A DNA stretch of 56,748 bases, the filler included, from Porpidia crustulata (taxonomy: Eukaryota): assembly GCA_964255105.1 (NCBI GenBank). It is 3 parts of 3 records of this genome, joined end to end, with 100 filler letters (N's around TTAATTAATTAA, not from the genome) between each part and the next. Parts side by side here need not be neighbours in the genome. Positions count along the whole stretch, not along the records: positions 1 to 18,868 come from CAXUWE010000165.1; positions 18,969 to 37,832 come from CAXUWE010000166.1; 1 more part is not named here. One strand, 5' to 3'. Both the position numbers and the translations under genes were made by a program. Below are positions 11,261 through 23,925 of this stretch, piece by piece; the stretch's first letter is position 1, and every line of letters begins with the position of its first letter. The notes beneath the pieces were generated by a model. It was not told where the DNA came from, made no database searches, and saw nothing but the letters and a program-made list of their open reading frames with translations.

Positions 11261-14200
11261 CATAGCTGTGAAGCAGAATCGTTCAATGCCACACTCCTTG
11301 ATAACAGTCACTTCGGATTTTACGACTCTAAAAAGTGTACTAGCAGCAGGAATTTCGGGATCTACGGAGTCATTTTCGCAGCTGACAAGCAAGACAAAGC
11401 CCGTGGTGCTTATATTCCGTGGACAGGAAAGTAGTACTGTTGGCCTTAGGATAGATGTCTGTGATAATTGCAGCCTCTTCAGCTTCCACCTAGATCAGTG
11501 CGATGCTATACTTCATTCTGCGGGCCTGAAAGGGTTATACCCGCGCGTCTTTGACAATACACCAACGTCCGACATTGTGAACCTTCACTGTACGATCTTT
11601 TCTCTACAATATTCATGTGCAAAATCGTGGACAGACTCTGGGTTGGAAGTCGAGGCCATGGTGGGCTATAGCTTTGGTCAGTTAACCATGTTCGCTGTGT
11701 CTGGAAGCCTCTCTTTAAAGCATAGCTTGAAATTAAGCTCTGGTCGAGCTACCCTGATGCAAAAATGTTGGGGTCGAGAGCCAGGATCCATGATATCAAT
11801 CGATACTGGTCTTGATACTGTCTCGCATATTATCTCAGCAGTCAAACAAACTTGTGCCGGCGATACGGTCAAAATTGCCTGCTTCAATGGAGACAACAGC
11901 CATGTCGTGGTAGGCACCGAGGCTTCTATCAATGTGACAGAAAACCTTATTTCCGATCAAGCCTCCATTACTATCAAGATTAGGTACAAGAAGTTGAGTG
12001 TCACCAATGGGTTTGATTCGAAGTTTACTGAACCTCTCCTGCGTGGACTTCTGGATTTAGCGGAGGAATCGAAATTTAACGAACCTACAATCCGAGTAGA
12101 AACATGTTCTATTGAGAATTGGCCAAAAGCCGAGCCAAGGCCATTATAGAACACACTCGCACTCCTGTTTACTTTGGCAAAGCGGTACAAAGACTCGAAC
12201 AGCGCCTCGGTTCTTGCACGTGACTCGAGGCTGGGTCAGCTTCATCGGTGACTGGAATGGTACGCCGTACTCTACAGTCTTCGCCAGATTTCTCACATTT
12301 ATTCCAAGCTCTTCAGCTCAATCGGATGGATTCTATGGAGATTATTTCTAACGCCACTGTCAATCTATGGAGAGAAGGCCACAAAGTACAGTTCTGGCCC
12401 TTCCATCGGTCCCAGAAGCATACCTATTCGTCGATACATCTACCATCCTACCAATTCGAAAAATCTCGGCATTAGTTGACTTGAAAAGATGACGTTCACC
12501 TACTCCCTGTGTCTAAGCCAACCAAAGATTTTGAAACAAGCGAGTCAGTCCTAACATCATTTGTCAAACTCCTTGATCAGGCACAAAGCGAGGCCGAATT
12601 CTGTGCCGACCCGCGAAGTGGACAGTATCTACGAGAGAGGGCATGCAGTCTCGCACAACCACAATGCTCCGCTAAGCAATACCTCATGTGATCCCTTACT
12701 CATCGACAATTCTATTCAGGTCTCAGGGCTTCATGTGAATATCCTCAACGAGTACGTGGATAACGAAGTTTTTGTTTGCACGATAGTCGACCGGATAGAA
12801 GCCGGTCCCAAGTTCAAGGAACTCAAAGTCGATGCCGAATCCTGGTTGGTATAATTCCAACTTTCATCCGACGAGTGATAAGGAGGTGTTCAATGATATT
12901 TTTGTGTTTGATCCTACAAGTAAGGGCTTGGTGTGGACCATTTTGGGAGCAAGGTTCACCAAAGTTCTTATCACTTCCTTGACAAAAGTTCTTTTTCGTG
13001 CCAGTGGCAATAAGTTAAAGACGAATACTACGAATATTGCCGCGTATAAGAATCCTAGGTCACCGATTAACGAAGTGTCTAATTTGGAGGCGAAGACCTT
13101 GCAGTCTACGGCTGAATTTACGTCAGAGCTCAATGATGTTTCAAGCCTCAATTAGAGACACAAGCTGACGTTAAAGCTGAACTCATGGAATTAATTGGCA
13201 AATATGACTGATGTCCGAGTGGATATGATCCAACTCTCTTCGACGCTCTAGGACTTGGGAATCGACTAGTTGATGGCAACTGAAGTGCTAGACGAGATTC
13301 ACACTGTGTTCAATCTGGGAATTCCGGTTGAAGATTTCTGAGATCTCCAGGACGTTCGATCCCTTCTGAATTATCTCACTTCCAAAGGCGGCGCTACTCG
13401 ACATGTAGGACCGCCATCTATTCTAGAGCCAAGCTCTTTCAGCAGTACCCCCAGTGGTTTGGGGGCTACGACCCCAAGCTCTATAGAAACCCGAGTGACT
13501 TCTGCCAGCAATAAGGATTTCTCGAAATAGAACTGCATGTCGCGGTTGGCGAATCTCGTAGCCGGTCACTTGGAAACAACAGCTACCTTCACTCAAGAGA
13601 CTAACCTCGCGAACCAGGGATTAGACTCTTTGCTAAGTATGTAGCTCGCTAATGACATCACAGAAATCTGCGCCGTAGATGTGGAGATGCGTCAACTAGA
13701 CAGTAAATCCACCTTTGGAGATCTTACCAAGATCGTATTGTCACAGGTATCGTCTCTAGAACCTTCGCTATCAGCCACGATGTACAATACCACCGACCCC
13801 GCTCTCATGACCATAGTCCAAATTCCAAGTCCTATCAAAAAGACCTCCAACAATCGTGGCCGTCAAAGTGCTGTTCTGACTGATGCTCAATACCCTTCTG
13901 AACAGATTCGGCTTTCCTACGATGGATATATAGAAGAGATAGGGTTTGCTCGCTTTTGGGAGAATGTATATCCTACTCAGGCGCGTGTTGTTCTTGCATA
14001 TGTTGTTAAGGCATTCGAAAAGCTTGGACGCTCACTCGCCTGGTTGGAGCCTGATGAAAAGCTCCCGCCAATTCAGCACATGTTTAAACATGCTCTGTTG
14101 ATGTCTCAACTGCAGGACATGCTTCAAAACGCAGACCTCGTATACCTTAATGCAAGTGATATGATAAGGTCTGCCAAAGCACTATACAGCACGCCGGCTC

Positions 14201-16253
14201 TGAGCATATACCAAGCGATTCTCAGTAACTTCCCACAGCATTCCTCGGAGCACAGGTTACTTCATACCACAGGTTCGAGGCTCGTAGATTGTCTCTCCGG
14301 CGCCGCCGATCCACTTCAGCTTTTGTTTCGCAGCAAAGAGAACAAGGAACTCCTCGAGGATGTCTATGCAAGCGGACCGATGTAAAAAGCCGTTGAAATG
14401 CTCCTAGGCAGCTTTCTAAGTCGTACCTATGCAAATCCACCCGATGGCGAGATTTTCCACGTACTGGAACTAGGTAGAGGCACGGGAAGCACGAGAAAGT
14501 ATTTTTTGAACTTCCTGGCACGCGAGGAGATACCGTTCACTCACAACTCTACTGACATCTCTGGATCGTTAGTCGTGGCTGCCAGGAAAAAGTTTGCCGA
14601 CCATAGCTTTATGGACTTTATGGTTCTCAACATTGAGGAATCACCACCTAAAAATATGATGAATCAATATCACACCATAATATCGACCAATTGCATCCAT
14701 GCCACGCGAAAGCCTTCGAAGTCCATGACCAAACACTCGGAAAATGGTACGTCTGGATGGCTTTGTCTCTCTTGCCGAGTTCACACGGAATATTTATTGG
14801 TTCGACCTCGTCTCCGGCCTACTGGAAGGCTAGTGGCTTTTTGAAGACAGCTGGGAGCACGTACTGGCTGACGAACGGTTCTGGGATACGAGTATGGAGG
14901 CTGCTGGTTTCAAACACGTCACATGGACCGACGGGGTCTCAGAGGAGGCTCGCACGCTTCGAATTATCGCAGGGTTTCCTGTTGAGCCCGAGAGCGGCAT
15001 ATACAGGCCTGTAAAGGCCCAAGAACACAAACCTCAACAGTCGATAGATCCGATGGTGTACAAACAAGTAGGCAATCTATCCCTTAATGCTGACATCTAC
15101 TATCCATCCGAACATACGCCATCGAAGCGACCAGTCAGTACGGCTTCCTTGGAATAATTCGAAATAATCAAGTAAGGCTGACTGGCATATAGCATTGATG
15201 ATACATGGCGGTGGCCACTTTATGCTCTCACGCAAGGATGTCCGATCGAGGCAAACTCAACTCCTCCTGGAAAAGGGTTCTTGCCCGTCAGCATCGACTA
15301 CCGGCTTTGCCCAGAAGTAAATTTCATTGACGGCCCGACGACTGATGTCTGCAATGCTCTCCGATGGGCAAGGCTCGAGCTACCGAATTTCCTTCCAGAC
15401 TCGAAGCATGCGAGCTTAAGGGTTAATGGCGAGCAAGTCGTAGTTGTGGGTTGGTCCACCGGTGGACATCTTGCCATGACCCTTGCTTGGATAGCGCGCC
15501 AGAATAAGATCAAGCTGCCTGAGGCTATATTGGCGTTTTATTGCCCAATAGATTACGTTGATGATTGTAAGTTCTTCTTTGTGCCATTCTTTACAATCAG
15601 TGTGTATTGCTTACGCGTCTCTGGCAGTTTCAAAAACGCCAGATATCCCCGAGGGCTCTGAAACCTCCATCGATGCCCAGTATGATCTGCTCGAGGCCGT
15701 CCAAGATGAGCCAGTAGGTTTCCCCCCCCTTGACTAGTTCGTACGTTGAATGCTTCCAAATGCTGACAGACAACCTTGCCAAAAGACTATTGCCTATAAC
15801 TTCCTGCCCGGCAAGTCCGCAGTAGGAGGCTGGATGTCCCTCTCGGACCCCCGCTCCCGCATCATCCTCCACATGAACTGGAAAGGCCAAACTCTTCCGG
15901 TCCTCCTCCACGGTCTTGTGAGCAAGAACAAACTCCTCAGCTCCTCATCCTCCGAAAGCACATACCAAACATTGCCCTGACCTACCCCCGACCAAATTGT
16001 GCCTGTCAACCCTCTCGCCCAGGTCTCGCGCGGCAGCTACCGAACTCCCACGTTCCTCATCCACGGCACAAACGACGACTTGATCCCCTGGCAGACACAG
16101 AGAACGCACGACGCGCTCGTCAGCAAGGGCGTCGCGGCCGGGGCTGTGTTGCTCGAGGACGCCAAACATCTCTCCGACCTTTATCGCACACCGGACGGCG
16201 AGGCTTGGCGAGCTGTGCTGCAGGGCTATGGTTTTCTGGAAGCGCATGTCTAG
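11260..16253 (+). pseudogene. Non-reducing iterative PKS pseudogene, AT-(partial PT)-ACP-ACP-CMeT-esterase/TE; SAT and KS missing
   Basis: AT (GQ.., GYSFG, IACFNG), PT remnants (DPLLIDN), ACP1 DLGID*LM (stop at the Ser position, 13267-13269), ACP2 QGLDSLL, methyltransferase VLELGRGTGS..ISTNCIHAT, C-terminal esterase HGGGH/GWSTGG/HGTNDD. Many in-frame stops and frameshifts. Confidence 0.9.
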
Positions 16254-18868
16254 GTCTTGGGCTACTAGCTCAACCAGGCGGCAATAATCCCGCTGGAACG
16301 ACTGCTGTCTGGGGATGTGCTTCGAGTCTTTGATACTTCGGTATTTGTGACAGGCTACGTTGCGCCTCCTCCCCCTTGTGAGCAACCCCCCAGGAAGTTC
16401 GTCTCATCATGGACAATCAGAAATGGTCCCTCCCGATGAACGGTCACAGGGAGCAGGGATAGAAGTAGGATCTGTGATGGGACTTGGGGAAGGCGCACTC
16501 GACTCCCATCCAGGCCATTGACGCCGACCGCTCGTCGTTGAACTGGAACTAGAAGAAACAAGGCACTATAAATACCCAATTCTATTGTATCCAAAGACCC
16601 AATGTATCCCTCTATTGGCTCTTTACTTTTTTCAGAACCAGTCAAAAGAATCCGAACAGAATCAAAACGATGACTAGAGTTCTCAAGGTTTGTATATTGT
16701 AGTTTCTGCCATTCACTTCCATCTTTCGCGGCAGTCGTTGGCTATTCTGTTCGTTCTTTTGACTCGCGACCACCTTGTACGTGTCTCACGGCGGCGCGAA
16801 ACCCCCCCCCGCTCCTGTTGGAGGGTATGGATTTGGTTGAGCTGTGCGCAAAAGCTCGCGAGTCTTTGGTAGTGGCGGTGGTGGTGGTAGACCTGGTTTG
16901 TGTACACGAAGTTGATTATGTCCAGAGACTTTTGCATAGGCCTAGAGGGGAGATTGCCAATGTGCATACCAATCGGGTTCCGAACTCCAAGAGAATTTCG
17001 CCCGTGATGGTTTGCATGGACAGCTAAGACGCTCGAGAGAGATGGATGAGTTGCGTTTAGAGCGTGGATATTGCGGGTCTGGCAAAGGAGTGTTTTCGCC
17101 CTGTTTGAAGTCGCGGCGGTAGGATAGTATCGGCCTCGTATGGCGGTATATAGAAGGTAAGCCCTGGCGGTCCTACTGACCGGAAGGTAGGAGTTTGGGT
17201 GATGCCGTTTTAATCGATATGACGGCGGCGAGCTTATTGCGGAAAGCTGTCTCGATTGAGATCCGAGTACTCATCGTACTTGACCACAGCGTGCTTTGAT
17301 CCGAAAGTCCGAAGATTAGGGAGTTTTCAGCCAACAATCCACCGGCCTCGCAGCAAAGTCAGCGCTCGAAAATAGCGATGATTTCCGCAGCGAAGGCAGA
17401 TTACAAGGCGTCAAGGCTGTTGAAACTTTCAAAATCAGATCAAAGGTGTTCCGTGTGAAACGGAAGTCCGCTTTGGTTGGCTCGTATAATAGAAAGCTCG
17501 ACATGGCGCAGATAGGGCCAAAGCCAGAGCCAAAAGAAGCGTCCTCTATCGAGTTTATGACATGGGACTTCTCCTATCCCGCCTGTCTATAGAAACCTAA
17601 TCCGCTCTGGACGTTCCAAGACATTGTTGGCGTCGATGATAGGTATGAAGATGGTTACATCCTCCGGGTTTCGGGAAGCGCTATGATCGCTGTCTAAAGA
17701 TTGTGGCCTTTGCGGGCTTCGGATATCCAGGCGTTTGACAAGGGTGGTGAGCTGAGGATGACCCGGGGGACGGTATGAAGAAATGAGTAGATTTTGCGTG
17801 CCGAAAGCCCGTCGTCCACTGCGTGAGTGTAGTACAGGAGGGGGCTCGACAACTTTGTGAATTGTTCTTGAGATCTTGAGAAAACGCACGGAGGTTTCGG
17901 ATGTCAGTTGCGTAGGAAAGCATGGTTGCAAACAAGCCCAAGAGGTAACTCTTGAACACAAAATGTCTTTACGGCGAGGTAGGGTGTAACTCAAGGTATT
18001 GAGAACTCCTCGCGCCACCAGGTGATTTATACTTCCTCAACCCCAGTAAGAGGCTTAAGCTTTCTTTACCCTTCATTATATTTCATCCCTAATAATCTTT
18101 TAATCCCTTCTCTTTAAATTTCCCGTTTACGCCTGGCAGGCGTACGGATGGAAATACTCGATCTGATTAGCCCACAGAGCCAAGCAAAGCAAAGCACTCT
18201 TGACACGAATCCCCTTTTTTTTCTATATAACGCTGTTCGTTTCTTTAAATAGAAGCTTTTCGTGCTCAACTCATGTAATAGTCAATACATTCTACTATCA
18301 TCTAAGCTATTCCCAGACCTCAGTCTACCTAGTAGCAAGGAATTACTATTTGAATATCTATTTATACATCTTGTGTTGTTATAATAGAAACAACCGTTAC
18401 AACACAGCTGATGCAAGTTCTTTTATCTGTTTCAAGAGTCGTGGTGACATATCAGTGCTTACGATGAACTTCTGCTGTTCTTAGATGACAATTCTCGAGT
18501 GACGATGAATGATTTTCGAATAAAGTTAGTGAAAATTTAACGGGTCACCGCGATGCCCTCTCACAAAACCCTCCTCATCGTCTTTTAAACTTTCTCAGGT
18601 TCAAGTAAACTCCGTGCTCACACTCAACGAAGTGTGTTATCACTACCGTTCCACATCGATCTAAATCCCACCATTTATATTCCTCTTCTTCTTCTCATTG
18701 AAAAAAAATTTCCTTCTCAAAAAGAAAGAATCATATCGGGATAATCGTATGTCGAAAGATGTGCAGATAGATGTAGAAGAGAAAGAAAGAGGGAAGACTT
18801 GGCTGCGAAGGGAAGGATGCACACACAGAATATGGAGTAGAATGACTGCGAGGGGGAGAGGCTGAGGG

Positions 18869-18968
18869 NNNNNNNNNNNNNNNNNNNNNNNNNNNNNNNN
18901 NNNNNNNNNNNNTTAATTAATTAANNNNNNNNNNNNNNNNNNNNNNNNNNNNNNNNNNNNNNNNNNNN
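18869..18968. other. Assembly gap with artificial six-frame-stop linker (44 N + TTAATTAATTAA + 44 N)
   Basis: Seen directly; the same construct recurs at 37833-37932. Confidence 0.95.
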
Positions 18969-19495
18969 GTGCAAGGGGCGCGCGTGGAGCGGGTTCGAGG
19001 AAGAATTGGTGCGATACACTGCTGTGCTTGTATTTGTGACCACGTCTCTGGCCTACGCTCTGAAACCCATAGCGTTAGCATCTTGGAGTACGGTTTTAGA
19101 CCACTAGTGGGACTTCTCACCGACTTCGCAACTGGTGACTTGGCCAAAGATGTCGGCTGGAAATTGAAAACGCCTTTCCCATCATCTGTCAAAACACTGT
19201 TGTAACTTCCAGCGCTATCAAGAGTGCCAAGCGACATGGGACTGTACTGCGAGTTTGTGTCGGTTGGGCTCAAGGGGTTTGACGGCGATCCTGAAGGTAC
19301 GTGCGCGGAGCCGCGACGCCCAGTTGGAAAGTTCTCGTTCATTGGTGAAAGGGCGGAGGGATCGAATGTGGATTTGGTCGGTGAGTTGTGGAATCCATGC
19401 AGACCCAAGCCAGTGCCATCTTGTCTCTCGTCGGGCTCAGGGCTTGGGGTATGCGGGAAGACAAAGGTAGGAATGCTTGAAGTCATGTTAGGCAA
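18969..19495 (-). CDS. ZRG17: ER zinc transporter Zrg17-like (CDF family), 5' part, truncated by gap
   Basis: Ser/Pro-rich N-terminus ending VFNFQPTSL..KS, intron 19060-19120, then SVGQRRGHKYKHSSVSHQFFLEP, which matches the Zrg17 motif GHRYKHSSVS..FF.EP. Confidence 0.75.
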
Positions 19496-20038
19496 ACTGC
19501 TTTCATCTATGTCTTTTATTCAATTCCAACAGGCTGGATTGCGGGCACAATAAGACCAGCAACCTCCTTATTGAAAGAAAGGGACAAACGCGTGAGCTAG
19601 GTATGTCGGCTCTGGCAGCTGCTTCGAGACTAGACGCGGCGACACCCGAACCTTATTAAGCGAAAAGCATGGCAGAAGTGGCTGGGTGGCTGGGTTTTCA
19701 TACAGATGACCATGTTCTACCAAAGAGACTCGTACCCTACGGTCAGCATGCTTTATATTGATCATGTCCACAACTAGATTTCGGATTATCATTTGGTCCT
19801 CCAACTCATTACGCTGCTTGGATACAATGTCACATCACCATTGGCCTCTCTAATTCTAGATCTAGCAAGAAGCCTGTTTACTTATTTTGTGCTTCCGATA
19901 TCTTTTTCTATTGATCGAAAAATCTTCGTTTCGCCTTTCCCCAATTTATATGGGAGTCCGTCAACGGACCGACTAGATTATAACGCAGTCGACAGCCGAT
20001 GAAAGTAATTGTACAAAGGGTATCAATCTAATCAAATG

Positions 20039-23000
20039 CTACGACGAATGACTCCTCTCTTGCGTCAGCCACATTTCCCTATAGACACCGTCACGCTTCG
20101 CCATGAGTGCATCATGGCTGCCCCACTCAACAATTCTACCCTCGACCAGTACCCCAATACTGTCAGCCTTTCTTACAGATGCCAGCCGATGAGCAATAGT
20201 GATCGTCGTGCGATGTCTGGTAGCTTTCTCGAGTGCACGTAAGACCACTGCTTCAGACGTCGGGTCCAAGGCCGACGTCGCTTCGTCAAGTATCAGCAAA
20301 GCCGGGTCGCGGATGAGAGCGCGTGCGATTGCGAGACGCTGACGCTGCCCTCCAGACATGTAGCTAGTGTCCGTGCCGCTCCCACCGCATGGAGTGTCGA
20401 ACCCTTGAGGAAGTGACTGGATGAAATCGAGGATATTGGCTTCGCGGCACACTGCCTCGAGATAGGCGTCATTGTGAGTGTTTGGCGATTTTGAGTCGGA
20501 CGAAGTGGGTATCCCGAGTAGCAGATTCTCCTTAATGGATCCAGAAAAGAACTTCGGGTCTTGGGAGACAAGTCCGATGCTGTTGCGATATTGTCGTACG
20601 TTGAGAAATTTGATGTCAAAGCCATTCAGAAGGATTCTTCCTTTGGTCGGCCTGTAGAACTGCTCAAGTAGGGAAATAATGGTACTTTTCCCAGAACCTG
20701 AGGGTCCTACAAGTGCAATGTGCTTACCTTCTGGAACGTCGAGATTGAAATTTGAGATGATGGGGGCTCCCGGTCGAGAAGGATATGCGAAGCTGACGTT
20801 TTCAAATGTAATAGAACCCCCTTCGATGCTTTTACCACCATACTTAGAATCGGAATCAATAGGAAGAGAGCCGCGGCGATAGAGGTTCATCACATTTTGT
20901 GCAGATAGGAGCCCTTTGTTGAGGGCAGGTGACCGGCTGAACGACTCTCCTGCGTCCTGAGCGCCAAAGACTATTGCAATAAAGCATACGAAGAAAGCAT
21001 ATAGGTCAGCACGGTGCTCACCGATCAATTTCGCACCGTACCATATAATGAAGGCATTCGCAAAATAAGTCAATGCTTGGGAAACGGCGAATAGACTCGC
21101 TTCCTTGTGAACTGACTTTGACGCCGTCGACGTAACCTCCTTCAGGATATTGGAATACTTGTCCAAAACTGGCTGTTCTTGTGCCAGAGCGGCCACGGTC
21201 TGGAGGGAGGATATAAATTCCAGGGCATACGTGTTGGATCGGATATGATGAGTCTGGATCTTCCGTTGAAATGCGTCTAATAGGGCGAAACGCAGGTAGC
21301 CCGAAAGCAGGAGTAGTGGTATGACCGAGACCGATGCCAGCGCCAACCTCCAATTCAGTATAAGCGATACGATTGCACCGAGCAACAAGTTCGTGAGTGT
21401 TGAGACAAAGATTCCCAGAGTAAGTGCATGAACGCCTGCCATGTTGGCACATTCATTCGACAATGACGATACTAATGATCCAGGCGCATTTTTCTCCTTG
21501 TCAAACCAATCAACACCTTGCCGAAGTATATTTCTCATGGTGAGGGAGCGAACTCTGGCGATCATGCGCTCACTTGAAAGTCCTAAGAAGTAGGTTGCAA
21601 GCAAGTGTAGAACGAGTAAGATACCGCCGATTGCAATGAAAATTGCTGAATAGTAGTTGCAATTCTTACGGAAGTCCGGATCCTTTGGATCCGCAAATAC
21701 CACAATCAGTTTTGCGAAGACCAGAGCTTGCAACGGAAAAGCAGCACCACAAAAGATTGTCGCAAGAGATCCTACGACCATGTACAGAGCTTCTGGTCTG
21801 TTGAATCGTACTACTTCAACAATGACTGCTAGAAATCCAGACGGACGACTCATAATTTCCTCATGGGCTACCATTATCGTCTCTCCGAGGGGCGAGACTG
21901 CATCGCTGTAGCTTGGCAACTCATGGTCTAAGTCACTGGCTGTCCCATCTCGTGTGACTATGTTTTTGTGATCGCCTTCCTGTTCACTCAGCAGTGAAGC
22001 ATAGATACCCCGTTGGCTCATCAATTGATCGTGCGAACCCTGTTCTGACACAACCCCCTTCTCGAGGACAACGATATTATCGGCAGATCTAATGGTACTT
22101 AACCGATGAGTGATAACAATTGTAGTCCTCCCTCGGGCGGCTTTGTATAGAGCATCCAATACGAGGGCCTCTGTATGCGAGTCCAATGCGGCTGTAACCT
22201 CGTCGAAAATCATAATTTTAGCATTACTTAGAACAGCGCGAGCGATTGCTATCCGCTGTTTTTGGCCACCACTGAGTAGTTTCCCTTTTTCTCCCACCAT
22301 TGTGTGGAGGCCCTTTGGGAGAGAAAGGACCCAATCGGCCAGATTGGCAGTTTTACATGCATCCAAAACCAAGTCCTCCACCTCTTCATCGGTTGTGCAG
22401 TGCAAACAGTAGCTTCGTAGACCAAATCTTATGTTCTCTAAGATAGATCCGGAGAAGAGTATGGGTTCTTGTGATACCAGAGCTATCTGTGACCGAAGGC
22501 CGTGTACATCCACTTCCCTGATGTCCCGGCCGTCGATTTTAATCTGACCAGCTAAGACGTCGTAAAACCTTTCAAGTAATCCGATGATGGTCGATTTCCC
22601 TGACCCGGAACTACCGACAATACCTGTCATTTTCTCTCCAGGAAGATCAAGTGTTAAGTTGTTGAGGACTTTGATGTTTGGTCGTGACGGATAGGAAAAA
22701 TTAACATTCTCAAAAACGATACTACCGAGTGGAGGCACGTATTTCCGGCTTGACGGCTGATATGGGTCGATCCTGGGTACTCGATCGATGGTCTCGAAAA
22801 TTCGTCTCCCAGCGCCAAGTGCTTTGGAGAACACTTGCAAGTTTGAAGCCACTTGTCCCAATGAAAATGCTGCAATGATGATGACGAAAAGGACATTCAC
22901 AATGGTCCCAGTATCGAGCTGCTGCGTTCCTAAAAGCCTCGATCCTTCCCAGAATGCAAGGGCATAACCCAGATACAGTATGCAGTTTATAGAGCCCATC

Positions 23001-23925
23001 ATCAGGCCCTGCCATAGATATTTCTGGCCGCCAGACTTTGCAGCTAGCCAGAGCTTTGACGTATAAAGAGAGCAAATCCGATCCTCCACCCCCAAACCCT
23101 GTACAATACGTGAAGATGAAGTAGCCTCCCGCGCTACGTCATTCGCACTGATCAGTGCATCGAAAGCATGGCGGGAGTGCTTAGCCATAACACTTCCCAA
23201 GAGGCCGGTAGAGGCGAACATGAAAGGTAACATGGTTGACATTATAGCAGCCAATTTTGGACTACGCGTAAAAGCCACTATCATTGCCGCGAGGAAAGTG
23301 GTGCTTGAAGTAAGTGTTATACCAAGCTTTCCTGAAAGGCCATCCTGAACAAGGTCGACGTCGAAAGCTAAGCCATCAATAAATTTGGTTACTCCCATTC
23401 GGTCGATGTAGGTGATATCCTGGCGTAAAACTGCCCTCAGATATTCTTCCCGGATCCGATTCGCAAGCCTGTGTCCAGTACTCACGAAACAGTAAGTAGA
23501 AACATATGTGGCAAAGGCTACTGCAACAGCAATGGCTACTAGATAAAGGGCCCGGAGATTGATTGACTTCTGCGTCTCAGCGACGGAACGACCCTGTGAT
23601 ATATCGATGAATAGATTCGTCATGGATCCAAGAACGACAGTCATGAGCGGCTATATTATTGAATCAGATTACTATATTGACTTTTGAGAAGATGCCATAC
23701 CAATGCAGTCCCAGCTATCATACAAAATATTACTCCGATTCCGTGCAGCGCTCTATCTCGGGGTAGAGCATACCGCGCGAGTCCCACGAAGGAGACTGGC
23801 CGATAGTCCCCGGATTCATGATCTTCAAAGATGGATATAGTAGAGACTGAGGATGTATCTGAGAGCTCAATCTCTTTGATCTCGTGGCGCTGGGTCTGTC
23901 GGAACGGTATCTTGATTTTCTTCAT
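20039..23925 (-). CDS. Full-length ABCB (MDR/P-glycoprotein-type) transporter
   Basis: TMD-NBD-TMD-NBD layout; Walker A GSSGSGKST and GPSGSGKST, signatures LSGGQKQR and MSGGQRQR, Walker B IFDE and ILDEATSALD. Exon 1 23925-23701 (ATG at 24045 is an alternative start), intron 23700-23651. Confidence 0.95.

Noticed and set aside
11260..16253. PKS as a functional gene with many introns or sequencing errors
   Set aside because: The KS is absent, a stop replaces the ACP1 serine, and neighbouring intact genes show no comparable error rate.
18913..18924. TTAATTAATTAA palindrome as a biological element (also 37877-37888)
   Set aside because: It is centred in N runs with identical geometry, so it is a scaffolding linker.
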